Below, one piece after another: positions 1 through 10,003 of a stretch of 64,000 bases of DNA (positions are counted from its first letter, which is position 1; each line of letters starts with the position of its first letter). The notes beneath the pieces were generated by a model. It was given only the letters and a program-made list of their open reading frames with translations. It was not told the DNA's origin and ran no database searches. Source of the stretch: Candidatus Melainabacteria bacterium 17Bon1m. Its GTDB lineage: Bacteria; Cyanobacteriota; Vampirovibrionia; Obscuribacterales; Obscuribacteraceae. Made by a program: the position numbers and the translations under genes. The stretch spans positions 64,001 through 128,000 of the forward strand of contig JAVLKG010000005.1 in assembly GCA_032128875.1 (NCBI GenBank), in the 5' to 3' direction.

Positions 1-30
1 ATTTCAGCAGTTGTGGCTTTGCCGCGAGGC

Positions 31-258
31 TCAGCCGAAGATGCCGGGGAACGCCTGGACGATGCGTTGCGCCAAATCGACCCCGGCGACCCAGTCGACG
101 AGACCGAAGATGACGAACGGCACTTCGAGGAAGATGCAGACGATCCCCAAAACGACGCTTGCCGAGAAGGCGAGCACGATGCCGTGGACCCAGCACGCGA
201 TGGCGGCGATGGTGACAACGAGCCAAACGAGCCCGAACGTTCCTGCGAAAAGCTTCAT
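31..258 (-). CDS. Small hydrophobic membrane protein (75 aa)
   Basis: ATG at 258 preceded by AGGAG; MKLFAGTFGLVWLVVTIAAIACW... mostly hydrophobic; co-directional with the upstream genes. Confidence 0.7.
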   Translation of the reverse strand: MKLFAGTFGLVWLVVTIAAIACWVHGIVLAFSASVVLGIVCIFLEVPFVIFGLVDWVAGVDLAQRIVQAFPGIFG

Positions 259-423
259 GGCGAGTCTCCTTGTTGACGCAGCCTTAGAAAAACTGCGTCT
301 GGTTTCTTTCTTGGAGTTTTTTGTTTCGGAGTTGACAGGCGAAAGCCGGTGCGCTTTTCGCCACGAGTAAGGGCGATGCATGGCATCGCCCTTACAGAGC
401 TTTTGACTGCTCCAGTGGCGCTA

Positions 424-1938
424 TTAGCGCTTCTGGATGTACCGGCACTTCACGCGGATGTCGTTGTTCGCGAACGGTCCCTGCCCTTTGGCGTGGAACT
501 CGATGGTGGGCTCGAAGCCGGCCGGCACCATGCGAATCGACTCGCGGAAGTCCTGGTTCACTTCGGTGAGCCGCTGGTAGATGAGGTCACGCAGAAGGCG
601 ATGCTCCTCTTCCGACGGCGCCGACTTGCCCTGAGCGAGCTCGAGGCAGATGGCCAGGCGCTTGTTGTTGCTCGCGTCTTCGCTGGTGACGATGCAGAAG
701 CAGTCGACGAAGGACGCGATTTGCGGCGTGCTGTAGCAGATGCCTTCCACTTCAGACGGCACGATCTTGCAGCCGTAGTACGCCACCGAGAAGTCGCTGC
801 GACCGTACATCAGGATGACGGGCAGCTCGGCCAGCGGCTTGGGCAGCAGAGCAGTGTTGACGCCGGCGCCTTCCAGAGCCTGCATGATCTCATCGAAGGA
901 CAGCACCTGACCGAGGTCGTGGATGTTGTACTTGATGCGCGGCGAGACGGTGCTGTTGCGCGCGATGGTGATGAGCAGCTCGTCTTCGGCGTTGGTTTCG
1001 ATGACGTAGTCCATCGGGTTGTACTGGAAAACCGACGGGATGGAGTCTTCGAACTTGCCGTTGAGAGCGTGGCGCACGCGAGGGTTGTCGTTGATCAGCT
1101 TGCGGATTGCGATGGTGAATTCGCTTTCCGCCGCGATGTTGATCTCGAGGTCGGAGGCGCCGTAGTCACCGAATACGCCACCACGGAAGGCGCGCATCAG
1201 GTACGCACGCATCGCTTCGCTGATCGCCTCACCGCCGAAGAATGCGGTGATTTTGTACTGGCTCCAGTCGATGTCGGGGCTGTCCACGAGCATCTTCAGG
1301 AAGGGCGGGTAGCCGGCGATGATGTACTCGACGTCGGGACCGAACTTCTTCAGCGTCTTGACGATCTTGCTGATCTCAGGTCCGGTGGACTTGAGCAAGC
1401 AGACGTCGACGACGGCGCTCGACACGCACATGCCCGTTGCCCACGGACCGAGCGCGAAGGCGTTGATGAAGAGCCGTTCCTTGCTGCCCAGCATGTGGTG
1501 CATCGAAATCTGCAGCATGCGGGCAACGTGCCGACGTTCTTCCGGACCGCGCACCCAGTTGTTCGGCTCGCCGGTGGAACCGGATGATTCGTCGATCACC
1601 GCACCGCGCATGGGCAGTTTCCCGCCGACGCAGCGCTGTTGGATGGTGTACGCGTTGATGTAATTCGGCTTGTCCATCGCGGGAATTGCCGACATGTCCG
1701 GCGTCAGCCCGTTGAGCCGAACACGCGCGTTCGGGTGCTTCGAGATGAAATCCCGGTAGGCGGGGCAGGTGCGCTTGGCGTGCTCGTATGCGCGCCAGGC
1801 CTTCCACTGTCCGACCCGCTCACGGAAGCCCGAGAGCGAGGGCAGGAAGAGCAGCCCGAAGACGTTTTCGCATCTCATCAAACCGGCGCGGATGCGCTCG
1901 GCGATGATCAAGAACGTGAAAATCAGAAACTTTCTCAT
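424..1938 (-). CDS. Phenylacetate-CoA ligase (PaaK)/F390-synthetase-like adenylate-forming enzyme
   Basis: ESSGSTG AMP-binding loop, AGYPPFL, GGEAISE, YGASD, YNIHDLG and GRSD motifs; start trimmed to MRKFLIF after a GGAGA RBS. Confidence 0.8.
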   Translation of the reverse strand: MRKFLIFTFLIIAERIRAGLMRCENVFGLLFLPSLSGFRERVGQWKAWRAYEHAKRTCPAYRDFISKHPNARVRLNGLTPDMSAIPAMDKPNYINAYTIQQRCVGGKLPMRGAVIDESSGSTGEPNNWVRGPEERRHVARMLQISMHHMLGSKERLFINAFALGPWATGMCVSSAVVDVCLLKSTGPEISKIVKTLKKFGPDVEYIIAGYPPFLKMLVDSPDIDWSQYKITAFFGGEAISEAMRAYLMRAFRGGVFGDYGASDLEINIAAESEFTIAIRKLINDNPRVRHALNGKFEDSIPSVFQYNPMDYVIETNAEDELLITIARNSTVSPRIKYNIHDLGQVLSFDEIMQALEGAGVNTALLPKPLAELPVILMYGRSDFSVAYYGCKIVPSEVEGICYSTPQIASFVDCFCIVTSEDASNNKRLAICLELAQGKSAPSEEEHRLLRDLIYQRLTEVNQDFRESIRMVPAGFEPTIEFHAKGQGPFANNDIRVKCRYIQKR

Positions 1939-1958
1939 TTCGTTTTCTCCGGTTCGAG

Positions 1959-2963
1959 TTATCGAACGATGATGTCTTCCAGGTCCAGGCGCAGCGCCCG
2001 AGGCGGCATGTCGCTCTGTCCCAGTCGCACCAGAAGCCACAGCGGGTCCCGACGATTGGGATTGTCGAAGTGGTCTTCCATGACCTTGTGAGAGCGGTGA
2101 TTGGTGATCACCGAACCGAACGGATGCAGGTAGATGCCGTGCTTCGTCATGGTCAGCCACAGCCGAGCCAGCATGCGACCTGCGTTGACGCAGTCAGCCT
2201 GCTCCTCGAACTTGCCGCTGATCCAAGCGACCGTCTTGGTGCCGCGCATGGAGCGCTTGTACGTCCATTTGCAGAACTGATGGATGCCGGGAATCTGGAA
2301 GATCCAGTTCGCCTTAAAGAAGAGCGTCATCATCCAGCCCGGGAAGAGCATGGCGAATGCCGCCAGACCGTCGCCGGTCTTCTTCGCTTGCTGCATCGAG
2401 TAGCGCGTCCAATGCCCGATCTCATCGCGCGTGTCCTTGACGCGCAAATCGAGGAACATCGTGTCGGCGTTGAGGTCGAGGATGAACTTGACCTGCTTGG
2501 GGTCGTTCGAGCCCTCCATCTGATGGTCGAAACTCGCCGCTACCGCTGCCAGCTCATCGAGCACCGGCTGTGGGACAGCGGCGTCGTCGTAGGGCAGGCG
2601 CGATGTGCGGCGCGTGAGGATCAGTTCGCGGTCCAGCGGTTCGGACTTTATGCGCGGAATGAGCTCGAGGTTGGCGAACGGCTGCGGACCGACCTTCTTG
2701 TCGTCGAGCGGAACGTTGAGGAGCGTCGTCTTGAGCTCCAGACCATGCGGCGCGGCGGCGATGTCCATCATCTCGAGGATGATGCCAAAGCCGGCAGCCA
2801 TGAACTGACCTTTGCCGTCTTCGACGGGCAGAAGACGCGACGGCTCGTACATCAGCACGGCGTGCGTCTCGTCGATCAATCGGAACTTCCAATGCTGCGT
2901 GTTGTGCGGCGATGGCGCCCAACGCGCGTAAGCGAGAATGTCTCGCCAGATGCGTGTTTGCAT
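1959..2963 (-). CDS. Acg-like FMN-binding nitroreductase-fold protein
   Basis: N-terminal APSPHNTQHWKF, RRTSRLPY, AGRMLARLWL and C-terminal LVRLG motifs; start trimmed to MQTRIW because the upstream extension is translated repeat DNA. Confidence 0.75.
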   Translation of the reverse strand: MQTRIWRDILAYARWAPSPHNTQHWKFRLIDETHAVLMYEPSRLLPVEDGKGQFMAAGFGIILEMMDIAAAPHGLELKTTLLNVPLDDKKVGPQPFANLELIPRIKSEPLDRELILTRRTSRLPYDDAAVPQPVLDELAAVAASFDHQMEGSNDPKQVKFILDLNADTMFLDLRVKDTRDEIGHWTRYSMQQAKKTGDGLAAFAMLFPGWMMTLFFKANWIFQIPGIHQFCKWTYKRSMRGTKTVAWISGKFEEQADCVNAGRMLARLWLTMTKHGIYLHPFGSVITNHRSHKVMEDHFDNPNRRDPLWLLVRLGQSDMPPRALRLDLEDIIVR

Positions 2964-3014
2964 AGATAACTCCTGGAATTCTTCACTTGGTCGAACTCCC
3001 ACCTGCGAGGTTTT

Positions 3015-3115
3015 GCGTGGGGGCGTGTTGCACACGCCGTTTTCGTCTTGTCGTAGGGGCGTGTTGCACACGCCCTTTTCGTCTTGGCGTGGGGGCGCGT
3101 TGCATGCGCCCTTTT
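3015..3115. repeat. Three tandem REP-like palindromes, 36-nt period
   Basis: CGT(G/A)GGGGCGTGTTGCACACGCC(G/C)TTTT-type units with GGGCG starting at 3021, 3057 and 3093. Confidence 0.8.
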
Positions 3116-3516
3116 GAAGCCACGCGGGTTGCTTGGGCAAGACGAAACATGTGTTGAAACATGAGTCGTCTCGCTCAAACTGGAAACTTCACAGATGGCT
3201 AGAAACTCATCACCTGCCGCTCTTCTAACTCTTTGCTAAATCGAAACCATCTCGAGTTTTGACCGTTAACGATCAGACAGCATGAGAATGCTGAAGGAGA
3301 TGTTCGAGTTTCGCGCTGGGTGAGAAAAGTGGACTTTTGAACTGAAAGGAGATGAGCAGAGTAGGTAGTGAGAGCTTAAACGCTAGAACCTTGGCATCTT
3401 CAACAAATGTGCACCAGTATTAGGTTTCAGAACTCTCATTTTGGCTTTGTAAAGTCGCGCGGCTTGCGATAAGCCGTTAGCGCCAACTTGTGCGACGGGT
3501 CGGAGAGTATTGCTTG

Positions 3517-4626
3517 TTAATATCTCAAGTCGGGCACTCGAGAAAAGATTTTTGTGCTCAGCAGCCTCTCCCCCACAGTAACTTCGTATTGCGGTGAGAC
3601 TGTTACCACCATCGCAGAAACACGGTACTTGAAGTGTAGAAATCCGGAAACCGTCGTAAAATTGACTTTCCATCCAATTTTAGAATTACCTGATACGGTT
3701 GGTGGAACTAAGTATTCCGAGCACATCTTCAGTTCATCGTTGTTAACCTTGTAGTGGTCTTTTTTCCTATCTTTAATGTCATCCTGGCTCGATACAATCC
3801 AATGGGTAGAGCGTTTTGAGTCCAGCAAGCTTTCTTTAAAAAATTGCGCAAGAGCGTCGGCTTTAATCGTACTCAGATCCAGTGATTCTTCACGAAGCAG
3901 CTGGACTACGCTCTTATACCGAACGGAACCATTTAGATACAGGAGTCGCTTTCCATCGAAAGCAAAAGTTCCTGATGAATCCCATAACGGCGCATGTGAA
4001 AACTCTAAGTGAATCTGATTGCTTTGAACGCTCATGAGTACATGATGTTCAAAGGGTTGATTTCTCAAGGCTCGAACGCTGACAAATGGCTCGAAGTCTA
4101 TTGGAGATTTTTCAGGGTCGCTGTCTTCGTAAATCTGCCTGATAGCGATTCGAAATGGAAAGAAATTCCACAAGCTCTGTTTTAAGTAAGACTTGCCAGT
4201 TAGCGAAGTGTTTTTTTTCGTAAGCCGAATTGGCCAGGTTTCAAGTTGTGAGGTATGCAGCAATAATTCCTTGTTGCAATTGATAAGCGTTTTCCATTTT
4301 GCGTTTGAGCATATTTGAGACTCGCTAAACAGGGGAACGAATGTATGAGGATATAAGTTTTCGCAGGGTACGGGTAGTCGCCAAATTTGGAGGGGTTGCT
4401 GTTTCAGCAAGGGTTTTGAAGGTAAGGTGAAAGGACCGGATTTACGACCAGTGAAATAGTTCAGCTCTTTTATCAATCGTCCAGCGTGTTTGATTTCTGG
4501 AAGCGGAATTGGAATTGGATCTGCTAGAGCAGCTGTCTGCTGCGCGAACGCTATAGGTGTGAATGCAAGAAGTGCAACAATAAGAGAAACTACAAGTGCA
4601 TCGATGATGGATTTGTTTCTCTTCAT
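3517..4626 (-). CDS. Secreted hypothetical protein
   Basis: 369-aa ORF in AT-rich DNA with a signal peptide (..TPIAFA/QQ). Confidence 0.7.
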   Translation of the reverse strand: MKRNKSIIDALVVSLIVALLAFTPIAFAQQTAALADPIPIPLPEIKHAGRLIKELNYFTGRKSGPFTLPSKPLLKQQPLQIWRLPVPCENLYPHTFVPLFSESQICSNAKWKTLINCNKELLLHTSQLETWPIRLTKKNTSLTGKSYLKQSLWNFFPFRIAIRQIYEDSDPEKSPIDFEPFVSVRALRNQPFEHHVLMSVQSNQIHLEFSHAPLWDSSGTFAFDGKRLLYLNGSVRYKSVVQLLREESLDLSTIKADALAQFFKESLLDSKRSTHWIVSSQDDIKDRKKDHYKVNNDELKMCSEYLVPPTVSGNSKIGWKVNFTTVSGFLHFKYRVSAMVVTVSPQYEVTVGERLLSTKIFSRVPDLRY

Positions 4627-4694
4627 TATTGATTGTTTTTGGTGTATAGGTGCGACACTGCAATTTTACCGAATTCTGCAATGAGTTAAAGAAG

Positions 4695-5843
4695 CTAGCG
4701 ATGACTTGTTTTCGCTGGTTTGGCAGCTTTTAATGGCGATTGGGCCGGCGATCCTTCTTGTAACTGCTTCAATCGCAATTGAGCTTTTTCGTTTTTCAAT
4801 TCTGCGGCTTTTACGAGATAGGTTCGCGCAATCTTCAGATCTTGCGGCACGCCTATCCCGAACATATAGAGTTGACCTACTTGGTAGAGGGCTAGGTCAT
4901 AGTCCTGATTTGCAGATTTCTTGTACCAGTAAACAGCTTTACTCATGTCTTTCTCGAAGTGTTCGCCGCGCTCGTAGTCCGCTCCTAGATTACATTGCGC
5001 TATTGGACAGCCTAACTCTGCGGCTTTCAGGCGAAGCCTCATTCCTTCTTTAAGATCTCTTTTGATACCAGGCGTGGTGCCATCAAAATACATGTTCGCG
5101 AGGTTGTTGCAGGCGTGCGGATTGCCTTGCTTTACTGCGGCTTCATACCAATCTCGCGCGGCCTTTTTGTCTTGTTTCACACCAATACCAAGGTCCAGTG
5201 CTCTGCCGACGTTGTATTGAGATTCGGGAAGTCCTTGTTTTGCAGCCTTCAAGTCGAGTGTAAAAGCCGCCGTAAAGTCAGGTTTGCTGCCGTCCAAACC
5301 TTTTGCAATAAAGTATGCAAGTTGGTTTTGAGCTCTTGCATAATCTTGGTCTGCCGCTAGCTGATACAACTTTCGAGCTCTGGCTAAATCTTTTTTTGTG
5401 TATATTCCTTGCTCGTATATTTTCCCCAATTCAGACTGAGCCGCAGGAATGTTTAATTCACTTGCTTTACGGTAACACTCCAATCCCTTTTCGACGTTTT
5501 TATCGCCTCCAATACCCTCCAAGTACATTTCTGCCAGGTGTTTAAAGCAATGTGCACTGCCGTGTTGAGCACCTGTTTCAAACCACTTCCTGGCGATTTT
5601 GAGATCTTTGGGAAAGCCCTCATCGCCTTCATTGTAGTTGTCTCCAATAAAGTGCATCGCGTCTGGGGAGCCTTGGTCCGCAGCCTTAAAGAGAAACTCT
5701 TTTGCTTTATCTAGATTCTTCTCGACACCATCGCCATCGCGATACTGTTTGTAGAGATCGAAACTCTTGTCTGCTGCGCTTGTACACGCCCCGCAGCAGA
5801 GCAAAACAGATATCGAAAGTAAGAGTTGGGAGAGCGTTCTCAT
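4695..5843 (-). CDS. Sel1-like repeat protein, probably exported
   Basis: Repeated AQxxLGxxYxxGxGVxxDxxxAxxWYxxAAxQG units; N-terminal signal with Cys. Confidence 0.92.
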   Translation of the reverse strand: MRTLSQLLLSISVLLCCGACTSAADKSFDLYKQYRDGDGVEKNLDKAKEFLFKAADQGSPDAMHFIGDNYNEGDEGFPKDLKIARKWFETGAQHGSAHCFKHLAEMYLEGIGGDKNVEKGLECYRKASELNIPAAQSELGKIYEQGIYTKKDLARARKLYQLAADQDYARAQNQLAYFIAKGLDGSKPDFTAAFTLDLKAAKQGLPESQYNVGRALDLGIGVKQDKKAARDWYEAAVKQGNPHACNNLANMYFDGTTPGIKRDLKEGMRLRLKAAELGCPIAQCNLGADYERGEHFEKDMSKAVYWYKKSANQDYDLALYQVGQLYMFGIGVPQDLKIARTYLVKAAELKNEKAQLRLKQLQEGSPAQSPLKAAKPAKTSHR

Positions 5844-5926
5844 GGCGAATTTTGACCTGAGGAACTATCCAAAGATAGATATTCCCAGTTCGGCGGTTAG
5901 ATGTTCCAGCGTGAGTTACGTAGCTC

Positions 5927-6253
5927 TTATGTGTTCGTCTTCTGATCTAGATATTCCAGAACTGATTTCGACAGGAACTGCAGCTGTTCTGCGTAATTCT
6001 TTAGAGTTCCGGCATCAAGTTCGTTGATAGCAATGGAGAGGTCACTTGAGCAAGTTTTCAAACAGTCGTAACGATCCTCATCAAGTCTGCCTTTTAAGTG
6101 AACAAAAGTAGCAATGCAGCCTGCTGCATAAGTGTCTATCTCAGTGAAATCACGTTCATTGCTAGACGTGAAAGATTTTCCTTCTTCTGGGAAAGGCGTT
6201 CTGCCGAACTCTTTCCAAAGGGATTCAATCGTCTGAAGGGTTATGTTTGCCAT
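5927..6253 (-). CDS. Hypothetical protein
   Basis: About 108-aa ORF immediately after the TPR gene on the same strand. Confidence 0.6.
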   Translation of the reverse strand: MANITLQTIESLWKEFGRTPFPEEGKSFTSSNERDFTEIDTYAAGCIATFVHLKGRLDEDRYDCLKTCSSDLSIAINELDAGTLKNYAEQLQFLSKSVLEYLDQKTNT

Positions 6254-6265
6254 GCTTTGACACAC

Positions 6266-6991
6266 CTATTGCTGAGCGCTGATTTCTAAATTGCATCTTG
6301 TAATGCCGGAAATCAATTCTGAATGTTCTTGCTCACCTAGAAGATTGCCTTCAGCAGCTCGGTTCAGATGTTCCAGCGCAAGCTTGTAAACGCGCAAGAG
6401 CATGTAGCATTGACCGAGTCTGAGATTGATGTTCGCGCACATGTATTGTTGAACGTGGTCACGATGCTCGGCGTCCGGCAGCCATTCCGAAGCTCTATTG
6501 AGCCAGGTGACAGCTTGCGAAACATACTCAGTATCGCCTTCGCGATGTGCAGCTTGTTTCAGATAGATCGTTCCTAAACCTAAGGCAAGTCCAGCGTTTT
6601 GTGGTGTGTCGGCAAGAGCGCGGTCGAAAATAGAAACCAAATCTTTCGCGATTTCCGCGCGTTGCATTTCGCTGTAGGAATCTTTGGACAGAAGGTCTTC
6701 GCTCTTCGAAATCCAGACGGCGTACGTTCCATTCCGCTCATCCGGTGCGTCGTTCAACAGTATGTATTCGAAGACTTCGCACATCTGTTTCCATGTCAGT
6801 TTGTTCGACAAAAACTCGACGAATGCGATCAGTCGATGCGACGGAGGCATCTCGATATCCTGCGTTTGCTGCAGGTACTGTGCAAGTGACTCTTCATTGG
6901 TGGCAAGTGGAGTCGGCAGAAAAGACGGCTGCTCAAGCCGTTCTTTAAGAGTCTGCATTGCTTGTTTTGCGTTTCGAATATCTTCTTCCAT
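6266..6991 (-). CDS. TPR-containing protein
   Basis: LGLGTIYLKQA and LRLGQCYMLLRVYKLALEHLNRA TPR-like helices. Confidence 0.7.
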   Translation of the reverse strand: MEEDIRNAKQAMQTLKERLEQPSFLPTPLATNEESLAQYLQQTQDIEMPPSHRLIAFVEFLSNKLTWKQMCEVFEYILLNDAPDERNGTYAVWISKSEDLLSKDSYSEMQRAEIAKDLVSIFDRALADTPQNAGLALGLGTIYLKQAAHREGDTEYVSQAVTWLNRASEWLPDAEHRDHVQQYMCANINLRLGQCYMLLRVYKLALEHLNRAAEGNLLGEQEHSELISGITRCNLEISAQQ

Positions 6992-7302
6992 GGTCTTGTC
7001 CGCACAATTTGTCTTATAGAGCTTACAAGTTATCGTGTTTCAGAACCTGTGCCAACTTTGCAAATTTACCAATGCTTGCACGGTGCAGGTCGGCTGTGGC
7101 AAAGAAGGTGTGGCAGTCCTAAAAAAACGGTCGACGACGCATAACGTCGACCCTATGATAAACTAAAGCAAATAGTAGAACAGGGGCTTAAAGCGAGCGG
7201 CGAAGATTCCGTTTGGAACTTCACCGCCCGCAGGCGCCGAACGCTATGAATCTGATGCACTCTTTCGAGCAACATCAGACAGCTAGAATTCGGCAAAGGC
7301 GT

Positions 7303-8145
7303 TTAGAGCTGGTTCAGCTCGGCGACAGCCTTCTTGATCTGGGCCGGCAGGTCTCCCAGCTCCTTCTCTAGAGTCGCCTCGATGGCAGCCGCTTCGTCCT
7401 GGAAGGGCTTCATCGTCGCAGCACCGCGCTCCTGGATGTCCTTGGTCGCGTCGGCAGCTTTCTGCTGCAAAGCGGCCAATTCCGCCTGGAACGGCTGAGA
7501 CTTCTGCATGATCTCGATCTGGATCTTCAGAGCCTCGTCCTGCGTCTTCGCGTTCTTCAGCTGCTCCGGCAGATCGCCGAGCGCGGTCCTGGCGCGCTCC
7601 TGGATCTCCTTCGCCTGCTGTTGGAACGGCGCCAAAGCAGCCTTCAGCTCCGCCTCGATGGGGGCGAGAGCCGTCTGGGCGCGCTTCTCGACGTCGGCGA
7701 GCTGTGCTTCGAACGGCTTGCTCTTCGCTTCTGCCTGCTTGAGCAGAGCGTTGATCTCGCCGATCTTCGTCACAAAAGCGTCGACGTTGGCCGCCTTGAA
7801 ATTCGCCTTCTGGTAAATGGGGTTCGGAACGCCGGGCAGCATCACGATGACCGCCGGGAGCGCCGCTTCGGGAGCACCGATGGCAGCCGCCGGGATCTGC
7901 ATGTACTTCACGGAGTTGTCCTGTTCGCCTTTCGCCTTGAGCTTGTGAGCGACGTCCTTGCACTCGCCGCAGCCGTTGGCGGTGACGAGCAGAACGACCG
8001 GACGATCGGAGTTGACGACCTCGGTCTGGAGGTTGGTCTGGTTGACTTCGGGCAGGATCGGGCGGTTGAGCAGGGCGGGCGTCACAAGGACGAGACCGAC
8101 GAGCAAGATACCGCCGATGATCACCAGCAGATTTCGTTTGGACAT
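7303..8145 (-). CDS. Membrane-anchored thioredoxin-fold protein with C-terminal helical repeats
   Basis: N-terminal TM segment, EVVNSDRPVVLLVTANGCGECK (CxxC), then Ala/Gln/Glu-rich amphipathic repeats; start MSKRNLL after GAGGA. Confidence 0.7.
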   Translation of the reverse strand: MSKRNLLVIIGGILLVGLVLVTPALLNRPILPEVNQTNLQTEVVNSDRPVVLLVTANGCGECKDVAHKLKAKGEQDNSVKYMQIPAAAIGAPEAALPAVIVMLPGVPNPIYQKANFKAANVDAFVTKIGEINALLKQAEAKSKPFEAQLADVEKRAQTALAPIEAELKAALAPFQQQAKEIQERARTALGDLPEQLKNAKTQDEALKIQIEIMQKSQPFQAELAALQQKAADATKDIQERGAATMKPFQDEAAAIEATLEKELGDLPAQIKKAVAELNQL

Positions 8146-8513
8146 GGTTTTTTCCTCGAATAACAGTTGGTTCAGTGGCGAGTAGGCCGCTGAAACTTTG
8201 AAGGTTGCTGAACTCGGCACGACGCCAAGCTCAGGTCGATGCATTTCCGCGGCTTCTCTCCATCAACACGTGAGTGCAGAAGGAAAGAACGTCAGGTTGG
8301 CTGGGTCGGGTTTTTGGGTGGCTGACTGCCGGAGAAATGAACAAAGAGATGTAATTGAGCCTAAACATTTTTCGCGTGCGTACAGCAAGGAAAATGGGTC
8401 TGTATTAGCTTTCAGAGCTCTCATCTACGGGCTGAAATATTGCGCAGCTAGCGACAGCATTTGGTTAGACCGCGCTCAGATCGTCTGCAAAACCAGATCT
8501 GACGTGCGGTTGG

Positions 8514-8930
8514 TCATGCCACATTTGCTTTCGGCAAGAAAACTGCAGGCGATACTTTGAAGTAGTGCGCTAGTTTGACGCAATGCTTTTTCGTCAGTTC
8601 GCGTTTGCCTGATACTAATTCGCTCATTACTCCTGATGAAACGCCCAAAATCTGTTGTACTGCAACTTGTTTTAAATTGTGCTCTTTCATGAATGACTGA
8701 AGGAGATGATGCGGAGCCAGATCCGAAACATTTAGTGCATGGTGTTTTATTTCGTATTTGCTGATTTCGTTGAGCAAAACTTCCAGATAATCGTTCTCGT
8801 CCTGTAAGAGCGGATCGACTCTTAGCATCAAGCTTTGCGCCATCGCGTGCGCGGCGTCCAGGTGACCGTCATTTTTGATGGGCACTAACGGAAAGCGCTC
8901 GATGAGAGCTCTGTATTTTTCAGTTACCAT
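8514..8930 (-). CDS. higA: HigA-type antitoxin (HTH)
   Basis: PLVPIKND..YLEVL..I.KYE N-terminus and HTH (LKQVAVQQILGVSSGVMSELVSGKRELT); TGATG overlap with the toxin. Confidence 0.85.
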   Translation of the reverse strand: MVTEKYRALIERFPLVPIKNDGHLDAAHAMAQSLMLRVDPLLQDENDYLEVLLNEISKYEIKHHALNVSDLAPHHLLQSFMKEHNLKQVAVQQILGVSSGVMSELVSGKRELTKKHCVKLAHYFKVSPAVFLPKANVA

Positions 8931-9214
8931 CAGAACTTCTCCCGGTCATACTCTGCATGAGTCATGATTTTGAGCACATACACTCTTTCTTGCTGTATCC
9001 AAACCATTGCGGCGAGTCTGAATTTATTACCATCGATGTTGAAAATGAATTTCTGGTTGCCGATGTGGTCCACACTGTTGAGCGTTTTTTGAACGTCGGT
9101 ATTGTTTTGCCATTCGGCGGCTCTAACTTTGATTATCCATTCGTGGAGAGGGGCTTCAGCTTCAGCGTGCTCGACGATGAACTGTTTGATCGCTCTCACG
9201 TTCAAAATGTCCAA
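8930..9214 (-). CDS. higB: HigB-type type II toxin
   Basis: FIFNIDGNKFRL and THAEYD motifs; likely TTG start at 9214 after AGAGGT; toxin lies upstream of the antitoxin. Confidence 0.85.
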   Translation of the reverse strand: MDILNVRAIKQFIVEHAEAEAPLHEWIIKVRAAEWQNNTDVQKTLNSVDHIGNQKFIFNIDGNKFRLAAMVWIQQERVYVLKIMTHAEYDREKF

Positions 9215-10003
9215 CTGAGCACCTCTTTCTTGCGATTCTCTCAAATTGAGAGGGGTATCGCAATTAAAATCTCTCATTTTGAGAGGAGTTGGTTTCCTGC
9301 ATTTGTTGGATGATTTTTCTTTTTCTGCTGGAAGTTTTGAATGTTCAATTGCATATGCTCGTCATTAAGTTTTTCCTGGTGAGCGAGCTAACGCTGTAAG
9401 AGATATTCGTTTACGAACAGGCTCTTAAATCGTTGTGAGCTATCGAAATGGCTACAGAGACGTAATTTCTGAGCTTATTCTCTTTTAAAAGCCAAGAGTT
9501 TAGTGTGTCGTTAGTTGCTTCGCGCGAGACTGTGCAACGCGCGCGAAGTCTTCTCTGATACCGAATTTAAGTTGCCAAATGATACAAATAGGCAACTGAA
9601 ATTGCGCATGAATCATGGGCCGAATTAGCTTTATCGCATAGATCCTTTTCGCGACAAACCCAGAGCAGTTCAGCCACGCACAATATTCCCGTATCCATAA
9701 CCGCAGAAACAACCGCAGCAGCCAACTGTTGTGATGTTGCAGGCACATTGAAACGTTCGTGTCCTGGTGCGGTTAGGCGAGGTTTGCGTGAGTGAGTTTG
9801 ATTTGGTCGAAACATCTGAGAGCTCTTTGGCTGGCTAAAACCGGTTCTGATGGCTCTTCCCTTGTTTTCTGGTTTGTTCGCGTAATGAGGCAGCTCTGAG
9901 CCGCCTTTCACCTGAAATCTGAATCGAGAACCGTGTCGCTCGTGCGAACTGTTTTCGCTAAACCGGAGCGCACTTGTGCGTTTCCAAAACTGGAGACTCG
10001 AAT

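Noticed and set aside
349..1587. Long antisense ORFs (also 9908-11236, 11115-12239, 13445-14428, 26140-27408, 53939-55249, 55331-56425, 59338-60396)
   Set aside because: Shadow frames opposite motif-bearing genes, expected from C/G-ending codon bias; no motifs of their own
2964..3140. N-terminal extension of the nitroreductase ORF with GVCNTP repeats
   Set aside because: Translation of the 36-nt REP-like DNA repeat; the domain begins at MQTRIW
8514..9214. HigBA module as a novel defence system
   Set aside because: Ordinary, well-known type II toxin-antitoxin pair
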